Shown in pieces: positions 53,905 to 64,000 of a stretch of DNA of 64,000 nt. The translations under genes and the position numbers were made by a program. The DNA is taken from NCBI RefSeq assembly GCF_018350175.1, contig NC_058368.1:152274001-152338000 (forward strand), read 5' to 3'. The notes under the pieces are model-generated. The model did no database searches, had not been told where the DNA came from, and saw only the letters and a list, made by a program, of their open reading frames with translations. Position 1 is the stretch's first letter. Each line of letters begins with the position of its first letter. This DNA comes from Felis catus. Taxonomy: Eukaryota.

Positions 53905-54107
53905 TTTTTTATGTTTATTTTTGAGAGAGAGACAGAGTGAGAGTGGGGGGAGGGGCAGAGAAAGAGAAGGAGACACATAATCCGAAGCAGGCTCCAGGCT
54001 CTGAAGTGTCTGCACAGAACTCGACATGAGGCTCGGACCCACGAAAAGTGAGATCATGACCTGAGCTGAAGTCGGATGCTTAACTGACTGAGCCACCCAG
54101 GCACCCT
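53905..54107 (-). mobile_element. Can-SINE (3' monomer of composite insertion)
   Basis: Typical SINEC_Fc; no TSD of its own. Confidence 0.95.
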
Positions 54108-54244
54108 GGAATGCTTGTTTTCAAGTCATATTTAATATCCCTGAATTACTTACTAACATTTACAGGCAACTCAGGATTCCTGAAGTACCCTTGACTCTTC
54201 TTTTATCCACATTATGGCAGAGCTGTGATTATAATAATAACTAT

Positions 54245-54474
54245 GTTTAAAATTTTTTTAAATGTTTATTATCTTGAGAGAGAGAGACAGGGAGAGAGAA
54301 ACAGAGTGCCAGTGGGGGAGGGGCAGAGAGAGAAGGAGACACAGAATCGGGAGAAGGCCCCAGGCTCTGAGCTTTTATCACAGAGCCCCACGCAGGGCTC
54401 AAACCCACGAACCGTAAGATCATGACCTGAGCCAAAGTCAGAGGTTTAACAGACTGAGCCACCCAGGAAACCCT
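54245..54474 (-). mobile_element. Can-SINE (5' monomer of composite insertion)
   Basis: Typical SINEC_Fc; no TSD of its own. Confidence 0.95.
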
Positions 54475-54611
54475 CAGACTGCCTCTTAAATGTAATTCCT
54501 ACACCCTGCAACCACCACCCTGAATCCCTGGCCACCACTAATCTGCTTTCCAACTCCATAATTCTGTAAATTCAAGAATCATGTTTAATGTAACCTTTTG
54601 AGATGGCCTTT

Positions 54612-54807
54612 CTTTTTTCTTTTTTTAGATAGAAAGAGAGCACAAGTGGGAGAAAGGGGGCAGAAGGAGAGAGAGCATGTTAAGCAGGCTCCATGCTCAT
54701 TGCAGAGCAATGGCATTGAGCAAGGCTCAATCTCATGACCGTAAGATCATGACCTGAGCCAAAAGCAAGAGTCCAATGCTCAGTGGAATGAGCCACCCAG
54801 GCTCCCC
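54612..54807 (-). mobile_element. Can-SINE
   Basis: SINEC body ending gagccacccaggctcccc; no TSD evident. Confidence 0.92.
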
Positions 54808-55305
54808 AATACTTTGTTCCTTTTTGTTGCTGGGCAGTATCCCACAGTATGGATGTACCAGTTTGTTTCATCATTCACCAGTTGAGAGCCATTTTGGTTG
54901 TTTCCAGTTTTTAACTATGATGAATAAAGTTCCTATGAATGGTCATTGACAAGTTTTCATTTCTCTGGGATGGCTGGGTCATGTATTAAATGCATGTCTA
55001 TGTTTTTATGAAACTGCCAAGCTTTTTCAAAATGGCTTTCCCATTTACAATCCCAACAGAAAAGTATGAGATCCAGTTTCTCTTCACCATTGACAGCATT
55101 TGGTATTGTCATTGTGTTTTCTGTTCATTGTTGTAATAGGTGGTGGTAATATCTCATCATGGTTTAATTTGCTTTTCCCTAATGCCTAGTTATGTTCAAT
55201 ATCTTTTCATGCATTTTTTGTAACTCATTCATAACTGCAGTGAAATGTCTGTTCATGTCTTTTATCCATTTTCTGACTGAATTGACTTTTTTTTTACTGT
55301 TGAGA

Positions 55306-55428
55306 TTTTTTTATGAATGTTTATTTATTCACTTTGAGATAGAGAGACAGCATGAGCAGGGGAGGGCAGAGAGAGAGAGGGAGAGAAGGAGAGAGGGAGA
55401 GAGAGGGAGAGAGGGAGAGAGAGAGAGA

Positions 55429-55460
<32 letters not shown>

Positions 55461-55577
55461 ATCCCAAGCAGGCTCCGTGCTCAGTGTGGAGCCTGACGTG
55501 AGGCTTGACCCTGGGGTCATTACCTAAGCCAAAATCAAGAATCAGATGCTCGACTGACTGAGCCACCCAGGCACCCC
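55306..55577 (-). mobile_element. Can-SINE with expanded (GA)n
   Basis: Degenerate TSD ttttactgttgaga / ttttgctcttgaga. Confidence 0.95.
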
Positions 55578-56284
55578 TTTTGCTCTTGAGACTTAAGAGT
55601 TCTTTACATATTCGAGATACGAATGTCAGACATGGTTTGTAAATATTTTCTTAACAGAGCCTTTCACAAAAGTTTTTAAATTTGATGAAGTCCAATTTAT
55701 TATTCTTTTCCTATGGATCATCTTGTAGTGTTATATCTAGCAATTGTTAACCAAGCCCTAGGTCTAGAAATTTTTCTTCTATTTTATCGTCTAAAATTTT
55801 TATAGTTTCACATGTTACATTTAAATCTATGATCCGTTTTGACTTAATTTTTGTAGGAGTAAAGTTTAGGTCAAGGTTCATATTTTTGCCTATGGATAGC
55901 CAATTGGTTAAGCATCATTTGTTGAAAAGATTATCCTTCTTCCATTAAATATCTTTTGCAACTTGTCAAATATCAGTTAGCCTTGGGATTTTTGTGGGCC
56001 TATTTGAAAGCTTTCTATTCTGTCCTATTGGCCTGGAAGTTTATCCCTTCACCTACAGCATATAGTCTTGAATATTGTAGCTATATATTACTTCTTGATA
56101 TTGGATAAAATAATTCCTGTCACTTTATTCTTCATTTTCAAAATTGTTTAGCTATAATAGTACCTTTGCTTTTTCATATAAATTTCAGAAAAAAAAAAAC
56201 TTGTCTATATCTACAAGAAATCTTGTTGGGATTTTCATAGGAACTGTATTCAGCCTGTATAAATTTGGGAAGAATTGACACCTT

Positions 56285-56600
56285 TGTGGTAGGGTCCCCT
56301 CCCTAAGGAGAGATAAGAAAACAAAACAAAACAAACAAACAACAAAAAACCTGAAGGCAATCTGGCTATACATACATGATGACATCCCTCATGACCTTGT
56401 AACGTGAGACCATTTAATGGGACTGAATGTTTGTGTGTGTTACCATATATGGGAGACAAAGAAATAGAAAATGTATACAAAACTATACCACGTGGTATTC
56501 AGGGCTCAGTTCTTTGGGTAAAAACCCAACTGAGCAGTGTCGGCATGAATGAAGCTGCTTCCTGGAAAGAAAAGACTCTCTGTGCGAGAATCTTACTACA
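56285..56600 (+). mobile_element. ERV1-class solo LTR (316 bp) inserted in L1M
   Basis: TGTGGTAG...CTACA ends; 4-bp TSD cctt at 56281-56284 and 56601-56604; the L1 sequence rejoins cleanly across it. Confidence 0.8.
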
Positions 56601-56762
56601 CCTTTACCATGTTTAGGCTTCCAGTCCATGAATACAGCATATCCATTCATTTATTTAAATTTTCTTTGATTTCTTTCATCAGTACTTTGTAGTTTATAAA
56701 ATTCCTAAACATGTTTTTTCAATTTACAACTAAGCATTTATCTCTTTTTAAAATGATTTTAA

Positions 56763-56947
56763 GGGCACCTGGTGGCAGTTAAGTATCCAGCTTCGACTCA
56801 GGTCATGATTTCATGGCTCCCCACATCCAGCTCTGTGCTGACAGCTCAGAGCATGGCACCTGCTTTGGATTCTGTGTCTCCCTCTCTCTCTGCCCTCTCC
56901 CACTTGCACTTTGTCTCTCTCTCTCAAAAATAAACATTAAAAAAATT
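56763..56947 (+). mobile_element. Can-SINE
   Basis: TSD aaatgattttaa at 56751-56762 and 56948-56959. Confidence 0.95.
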
Positions 56948-58055
56948 AAATGATTTTAAATAATATTTATTTTTAATTTCGTTTTCATTCATATTATATA
57001 GAAATATAATTTATTTTTGTTGTTGTTGATTTTGTGATTTTTGTATCCTGTAAGCTTGTGGAACAAACTTACAAGTTCTGGGAAGTTTTTTTTTTATTCT
57101 TTGGTATTTTCTACTCCATCTTATCGGGTGGTAGAGGGGCAATAGTTGTTTCTTTTTTCTTTTGTCCTGTTTGCCTAGGTAGAAAAGTTATTGCCCTAAA
57201 ATTTTCTATTAGACTGGTCCTTTGATGAGAAAGAGCAAGAATTTCTTGTGTGTATGTTTTTGTTTTGCTTTTATTTGTTGGTGTTTGTTTTTGTTTTTGT
57301 TTTTTGTTTCTGTACCCATTGGCATTTCTGGATTACTGACTTCTCTAGTACCCAGACCGAGATCTATGAAGCAAAAAGAAAACCCAGGGAACTCTCCACC
57401 ATGTTGTCCCTCGGGTCCCCAGTTCCCTAGTCAGTCTCCAAAGTTCAGAGTCAATGTCTGCTTTGTATATAATGTCCAGGGATTTTAGCTCTACTTAATG
57501 AGAGAAATATTAAAAATAAAATCTACTCAATCTCTTTTGGAAAATAAGTCTTCCAAGTCACAAACACTTTCATGTCACAATTAAAGTATTTAATTTTTCA
57601 TTTTCACAGCTGAGAGCTCTACTTCAGGAAAGGAAGAGTGGTTGACTTCTTTTTTACCTTTTTTCCTTCTTCCCTTTCCCCATTCCTTCCTTTCCTTCTT
57701 TTCCTTCCTTCCTTCCTTCCTTTCTTTCTCCATCTAGAGTTTCTATACTTCCACCAACTGGAAAACCACAGCTTTTAGCCCTTCTATGAATGAAGGCATT
57801 AAAAGAAAGGTAAAATGGCATCATACTCTTAAAACACGTGACTAAAGGTGACCCTTTCTCTTATGGATACTTTCATAGGTTCTCAAGAATCTCTCCATCC
57901 AAATCCCTCTGAATGCCAGTCCCTCATCATAGGATGTCAGGTGCTTCCAATCACACCTCAGCTGCACATTCTAGGTAGTACACTCCACAGCCTCTTGCTT
58001 TAAGAGCGCTCCTTTGGCAAGTTTTCTATTTAAAAACATCCCCTGCCCCCACAAA

Positions 58056-58110
58056 GAAAAGAAAAGAAAAGAAAAGAAAAGAAAAGAAAAGAAAAGAAAA
58101 GAAAAGAAAA
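58056..58110 (+). repeat. (GAAAA)n pentanucleotide microsatellite
   Basis: Read directly; abuts the L1 5' junction. Confidence 0.95.
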
Positions 58111-60033
58111 ATTGAATTCAGCAAAGTCGCAGGATACAAAATCAGGGTACAGAAATCAGTTGCATTTCTATACAACAATAATGAAGCAACAGAAAGAGAA
58201 ATCAAGAAATCGATCCCATTTACAATTGCACCAAGAACCATAAAAAGCCTAGGAATAAACCTAAACAAAGATGTAACAGATCTGTATTCTGAAAACTATA
58301 GAAAACTTATGAAAGAAATTTAAGACACAAAGAAATGGAAAAACATTCCATGCTCATGGATTGGAAGAACAAATATTGTTAGAATGTCAATACTACCCAA
58401 TGCAATCCCAATCAAAATTGCACCAGCATTCTTCTCAAAGCTAGAACAAACAATCCTAAAATTTGTATGGAATCACAAAAGACCCCGAATAGCCAAAGTC
58501 ATATTGAAGAAGAAAACCAAAGTGTCACAATCCCAGGCTTTAGCCTCTACTCCAAACCTATAATCATTAAGACAGTATGGTATTGGCACAAAAACAGACA
58601 CATAGGCCAATGGAATAGAATAGAGGACCCAGAATTGGACCCACAAATACATGGCCAACTAATCTTTGACAAAGCAGGAAAGAGTATCCAATAGAAAAAA
58701 GACAGTCTCTTTAGCAAATGGAGCTGGGAGAACTGGACAGCAATGTGCAGAAAAATGAAACTGGACCACTTTCCTACACCATTCACAAAATGGATTAAAG
58801 ACCTAAATGTTAGACAGGAAACCATCAAAACCCTAGAGGAGAAAACAGGAAAAAAACCTCTTTGACCTCAGCTGCAGCAATTTCTTGCTCAATGTCTCCA
58901 AAGGCAAGAGAAATACAAGCAAAATGAACTATTGGGACCTCATCAAGATAAAAAGCTTACACACTTCAAAGAAAACAAACAAAATTAAAAGGCAACTGAA
59001 AGAATGGGAGAAGATATTTGCAAATGACATTGGATAAAGGGTTAGTATCCAAAATCTATAAAGAATTTACCAAACTCAACATCCAAAAAACAAATAATCC
59101 AGCAAAGAAATAGGCAGAAGACATGAATAGACACTTTTCCAAAGAAGACATCCAGATGGCCAACAGATATGAAAAGATGCTTAACATCATTTTTCATCAG
59201 GAAAATACCAATCAAAACCACTTTGAGATACCACCTCACACCAGTCAGAGTGGCTAAAATTAACAACTCAGAAAAAAACAGATGTTGACAAAGATGTGGA
59301 CAAATGAGAAGCCTCTTGCACTGTTGGTGGGAATGCAAACTGGTGCAGCCACTCTGGAAAACAGTGTGGAAGTTTCTCAAAAAATTAAAAATAGAACTAC
59401 GCTAGGACCCAGGAATAACACTACTAGGAATTTATCCAAAGGATATAGGAGTGCTGATTCATAGGGGCACATTAATCCCTGATGTTTATAGCAGCACTTT
59501 CAACAATAGCCAAATTATGGAAAGAGCCCAAATGTCCATCAACAGATGAATGGATAAAGAAGATGTGTTTATATATACCATGGAATACTACTCGGCAATG
59601 AGAAAGAATGAAATCTTACCTTTTGCAACAACGTGGATGGAACTGGAGGATATTATGCTAAGTGAAATAAGTCAGTCAGAGAAAGACAAATAACATATGT
59701 TTTCACTCATATGTGGAACTTAAGAAACTTAAAATAAAACCATGGGGGAAGAGATGGGGAAAAAGTAGTTTCAAACAGAGAGGAAGCAAACCATTAGAGA
59801 CTTATAAATACAGAGAACGAGCTGAGAGTTGATGGGGTGCGGGGGAGAGGGGAAAATGGGTGATGGGCATCGAGGATGGCACTTATTGGGATGAGCACTG
59901 GGTGTTATATGTAAGTGATGAATCGCAGGAATCTACCCCCAAAACCAAAACCACATTGTATACACTGTATGTTTGCCAACTTGACAATAAATTATACTTA
60001 AAATAATAATAAAGTAACAAATAAATAAATAAT
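58111..60033 (+). mobile_element. 5'-truncated feliform L1 (~1.9 kb)
   Basis: Frameshifted ORF2 remnants (IKTVWYWHKNRHIGQWNRIE...LIFDK), 3' UTR, aataaa and A-rich tail. Confidence 0.97.
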
Positions 60034-60835
60034 AAAATCATCCTCCACCCCTGCAAAAAACAACAACAACAACAACAAAAAGTCCCCAGGAAACAATTCT
60101 ACTGAGTTCCACATCTGTTTCTTAAAATTTAAGTTCTTTTTGCTATGATGGAGGAAAGAGAAATACTGTCAAGATCCCTAGACATGGCATCTATATAACT
60201 GCCAAAGGCTTTTAAAATTTTCTTCAAACGTAAGTAAAGCTAGTATACTGTGGCCCTTCAATTAAGAAACACTTATAAAACACTTCCCCCACCCTTCCTG
60301 GCAGGGGATAGGGGGAAAAGAGAGAGAAAGAATCACACCTCAGCTTTCTCCAGAGAAATCCTATTCACCAAATCATCTTGAATTTTCAACCTTCAACCTT
60401 TCTATAATCTCAAAATAAGCAAAAGTCTCATGAATCCTAAACCAGTTCTCTATCATTTCCAAAGAAAATATGCATAATCATGTGGTACCTCTCCCTGGCT
60501 TATGATATTACCATACCTGGTATCAGAGTCAAATTTTCCCATTTAGCATCTTTTTGCACAGTCACAATGAGGGCAAGTTCAGCAGACACTTCAAAAATAT
60601 TTGATGAATGAATGTGGTATTACTGCATTTATTTAGTGTTTTCCTCAATTAATTAAAACAAAATGAAGGGCTCTGAGAAAAGAACTGGATTTCTTCCCAA
60701 TCTTAACTAAGATATCTATACACAGGATACACACAGTAGGTACTCAAATTGTAAATTGTGGAACTGAAGTACACAGAAATACTCTTGTTCAACCAAAGGT
60801 CAAGTAGCATATAGTGAATTAGCTAGCACACCGTA

Positions 60836-61035
60836 ATCATGTGCTATTGAATTTGGTAATAATTTACTTATTATCTGCAATGGGTTTCTGAAAAATATTT
60901 CTCTTTCCATTAAGGATTTCATTTTCAACATTTACTTGTCAGTTAAATCCTCACATCACTAATGTAACTTCTCATCACAGGCAGAATTGAATATTCATGC
61001 CTAGCTCAAATCACTGTTACTCTGGCCTCTTGCTT
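60836..61035 (+). repeat. Inverted repeat, left arm (200 bp)
   Basis: Hand alignment to the reverse complement of 63430-63629: 189/200 identical, no gaps. Confidence 0.97.
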
Positions 61036-63429
61036 CCCCCACCCCCCCCCCCACCCCGCCAGATAGTTAACCCATCATTTGTATGGAAAATTTATTGCAG
61101 TTTGCCATTTATAGACTCTCTTTAAGTCTGTTTTGTTATATGAACTGTAAATTTGCTAAGAAATTGTATTGGATTGTTATGGAGGTTGGGGACATAAAAA
61201 TTAGACACATTATGTAATAATCTTATATTTGTTCCACCTATTGAGACCCTTACTATTCTTCCTATCTTTGCTGAATATTTTCTTTGAAAATTTCTACATG
61301 TAACAGAATTCTCCCACCATTGAAGTATTCTTCTGAAATCTTATTATGGTAATAATGAAGAACCGTATTAAAGATCAAGGCAAATTAACCAGTGTAATTT
61401 GTACACTGTAAGTGCTTTCTATGCATATGGACAGGATGAACTGCTATGATGTCATATTACAAAAAAGCATACTGCTTTTTCTACCTCATAAATAGACTCT
61501 CATTTTAATTTTTTATTAGATTACTTGGTAATAGACCAATAAATGTACGCTAGCATCTTTTGTGTAAGTAATGAATTCTTTGTAATGTGAGATTTCATGA
61601 CAGCTCTTTGCCATTAATAAACTTCACGGAGAGTAAAGAGACATGACTGAGGTTGGTTTGAGAATTATTGGATCTGCATATTAGCAGAATGAATGAGTCA
61701 AGTTCTACTATATCAAAAATATTATCCATAATAATTTGTATGCTAAACAGTGTATAATGATTCTGGCCAGCAGCGCAAGAAGCCACTATTAATTCATACT
61801 GATAACCCAGGGCTGGCATGTTCCTTTACAAGGCAACTTATGAAAACAAGCCCAAATTACTGTTGATGTTTAATATTAATTAGGCTCTCTCTTGCCCTGT
61901 GGCTTTCCCAAATAATTCTCTGATAGTAAGTCAACCATTAAATGGTTAAGCATGTCCCGAAACAATATGTGTGTCATCAAGGGAGTAATGCAACAGAAGA
62001 ATTGGGTTAACTCAGTGTCATAAACAGCATATTACATAGAAATATGCTTACTTTCTAGGAGCTTACAATCTGAAGCCTGATATTCATCATTGACATCATA
62101 CATATTGTAGCATAAACACTTCCTAAATGAAGATTAGTTGCATATTAACAATGTAACCCCCTTATTATGCCCTCATAGAAAGTCAAAACTGTACAATTCA
62201 TTATCAAAATAATCTTATTGTTAACTAAGTAATAATAAGCATAAAATCCCTAGGCATATTCAGGCTTAAGTCATGCACTATAATCCATACAGCACACATT
62301 CTAGATGCTTCTGCATTATATTCAGCTCATTCTAGCCACACACTCCCTCCTAAACAGGTACAATAGCCTTGCAACCTCACTGCTTTCTTATAACCCCAGA
62401 ATCTCTTCCCTCTCTGCTTCATGACAGGTCCTGTAGTTACTTAAATACCATTTGCTTCCCACCAACACCCACCCTCTCCCTCAGCCTAACTTCATATCTC
62501 CTATTCAACTTTGGACTAGTTGCCAACGTTTCATTCAATTTAAGAAAGATTTGTTTATCTGTCCCTTAGGATCAGGATTTTTTTTTCTCCTGAAGGAGAT
62601 GAGGGAAAGCTTGATCTTTCAATGATTATGATTTGGAATCAAGAAGCTACAAGACAATCAGAATTTTTAAATACCAAGGGTTTTCTACTCTCAGAATAGC
62701 ACATAATTCCTGTAAGTTATTGTGCAAAAAGAGTCTCTGTCTCTTCTTTTCCCTTGTGATGCATTACAAAAGGCCTCTTACTGTTATCCTAACTCAATTA
62801 GAACCTGGCCTCAGAAGGCAGAAGGTTATGTGCAAGAAGCCAGTATGGTGTAGGGCGTGTCAGGAAGAACAAATCCATCTTGCCATCATACAGATGAAGG
62901 AAAATGTTGTCCTAGACCTCAAAAAAATGTATCTGAAAGCTAGCCTCATTAATGTTGATTCGCCAAAAGTGACATATATCAACAAACAGAATCCTAGAAT
63001 CTTGTGGTTGTAAGGGGCTTGAGAGGTCATCTAGTCTAAGGTGGACCATGTAAAAATTCCTTTCAAGTGCCTTTCAGACAAGGAAATTAATTCGTTGGGT
63101 GAAGGTCAAGCATTTGAGGGAATGATCATCATTAAAGGATTGTATTTGCCAGGCACACAATCAGGCAAGGCATTGTATGAAGGGTTGAGATAGCATGTCT
63201 CTGAGACCTAGAACATTATGAAAAAGTTACTAAAGGAGCTAGCAAAGAGCAAGGGGCTAAATGGCATGCCTGAATCTGGTCAAGGTTAAAAGCAGAAATT
63301 ACTTTCCATGGAAAAATGACCAAATGTAAACTTCAAGTTACACTGACAAACTAAAGCAGTCTCAGGGAATTTAACAATCTTAGCTGTAAAGTGATGGGTT
63401 AACAATCTACACTTTCAGGGGGAAAAAAA

Positions 63430-63629
63430 AAGTAAGAGGCCAAAATAACAGTGATTTGAGCTAGGCATGAATATTCAATTTTGCCTATGATGAGAAGTTA
63501 CATTAATGATGTGAGGATTTAACTGACAAGTAAATGCTGAAAATGAAATCCTTAATGGAAAGAGAAATATTTTTCAGAAACCCATTGCAGATAATAAGTA
63601 AATTATTACCAACTTCAATAAAATATGAT
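63430..63629 (-). repeat. Inverted repeat, right arm (200 bp)
   Basis: Reverse complement of 60836-61035, including a 75-bp perfect run. Confidence 0.97.
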
Positions 63630-64000
63630 GATGAACACGTAAACCTTTAATGTCTAACATTAGGCATTACTGAACAATAGAGGTTTCAAAAAGATGAACA
63701 CCTTTTCATGTTGCTCCTTTTATTTTTAAAGTATCCACCTCTCCTTGAGATTTCTTTTAGCTACTAATAAAAGAAAAGCTGTTAGAGGGTTTTAAAGGTA
63801 TTCTTTACTTCTTAAAGGAATAAGGAAAAGTAGAAGTTTCCCTTTTTCCCCACTAATAAATGCAATTTTTCAAAGTAGTATGTGATTATATTTTTTGGAC
63901 ATGTCAGTAAACACATATTTATAAGTTGTAGATTAAATTTTTACCAATAAATAATATTTAGACCTCCACTAAATTAGGTATGAAACAGAATTTATTTTAC

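Larger units (their letters stand above)
53641..57545 (-). mobile_element. Old L1M (L1MC/MB-like) fragments hosting five SINEs and a solo LTR
   Basis: ttattttgaaataat...caaaaccaggaaactgacattggtacaat 3' UTR, then reverse ORF2-like sequence (gatgaagtccaattt..., catttgttgaaaagattatcc). Confidence 0.8.

Noticed and set aside
52594..56947. Inverted SINE pairs as a special dsRNA system
   Set aside because: Expected at this SINE density, and the copies are diverged.
61595..61819. 74-aa ORF in the inverted-repeat loop
   Set aside because: No recognisable homology and a length within chance expectation.
1..64000. CRISPR array, prokaryotic operon or viral ORFs
   Set aside because: The sequence is mammalian; I saw no repeat-spacer array and no long non-L1 ORF.

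Overview
AT-rich mammalian non-coding DNA from a feliform carnivore, judged from about 14 tRNA-derived Can-SINEs of SINEC_Fc type and carnivore/felid L1 3' ends. I recognise no host protein-coding exon. The longer ORFs are L1 ORF2 remnants, SINE or microsatellite read-throughs, or chance ORFs. Much of the window is repeats: SINEC, L1/HAL1, L2, MIR, MaLR/ERV1 solo LTRs, MER5/MER20/MER58 and microsatellites. The most notable structure is a 200-bp ungapped inverted repeat with 189/200 matches (60836-61035 / 63430-63629). I do not recognise it as an interspersed repeat; it has a degraded inner extension and encloses an enhancer-like segment. Also notable are a composite SINE-spacer-SINE insertion inside one TSD, two recursive-splice-site-like motifs, several minus-strand exon-like segments, and an L1 TSD with reciprocal CpG decay. 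Repeat family names come from recalled consensus sequences, boundaries of old elements are approximate, and the host gene was not identified.
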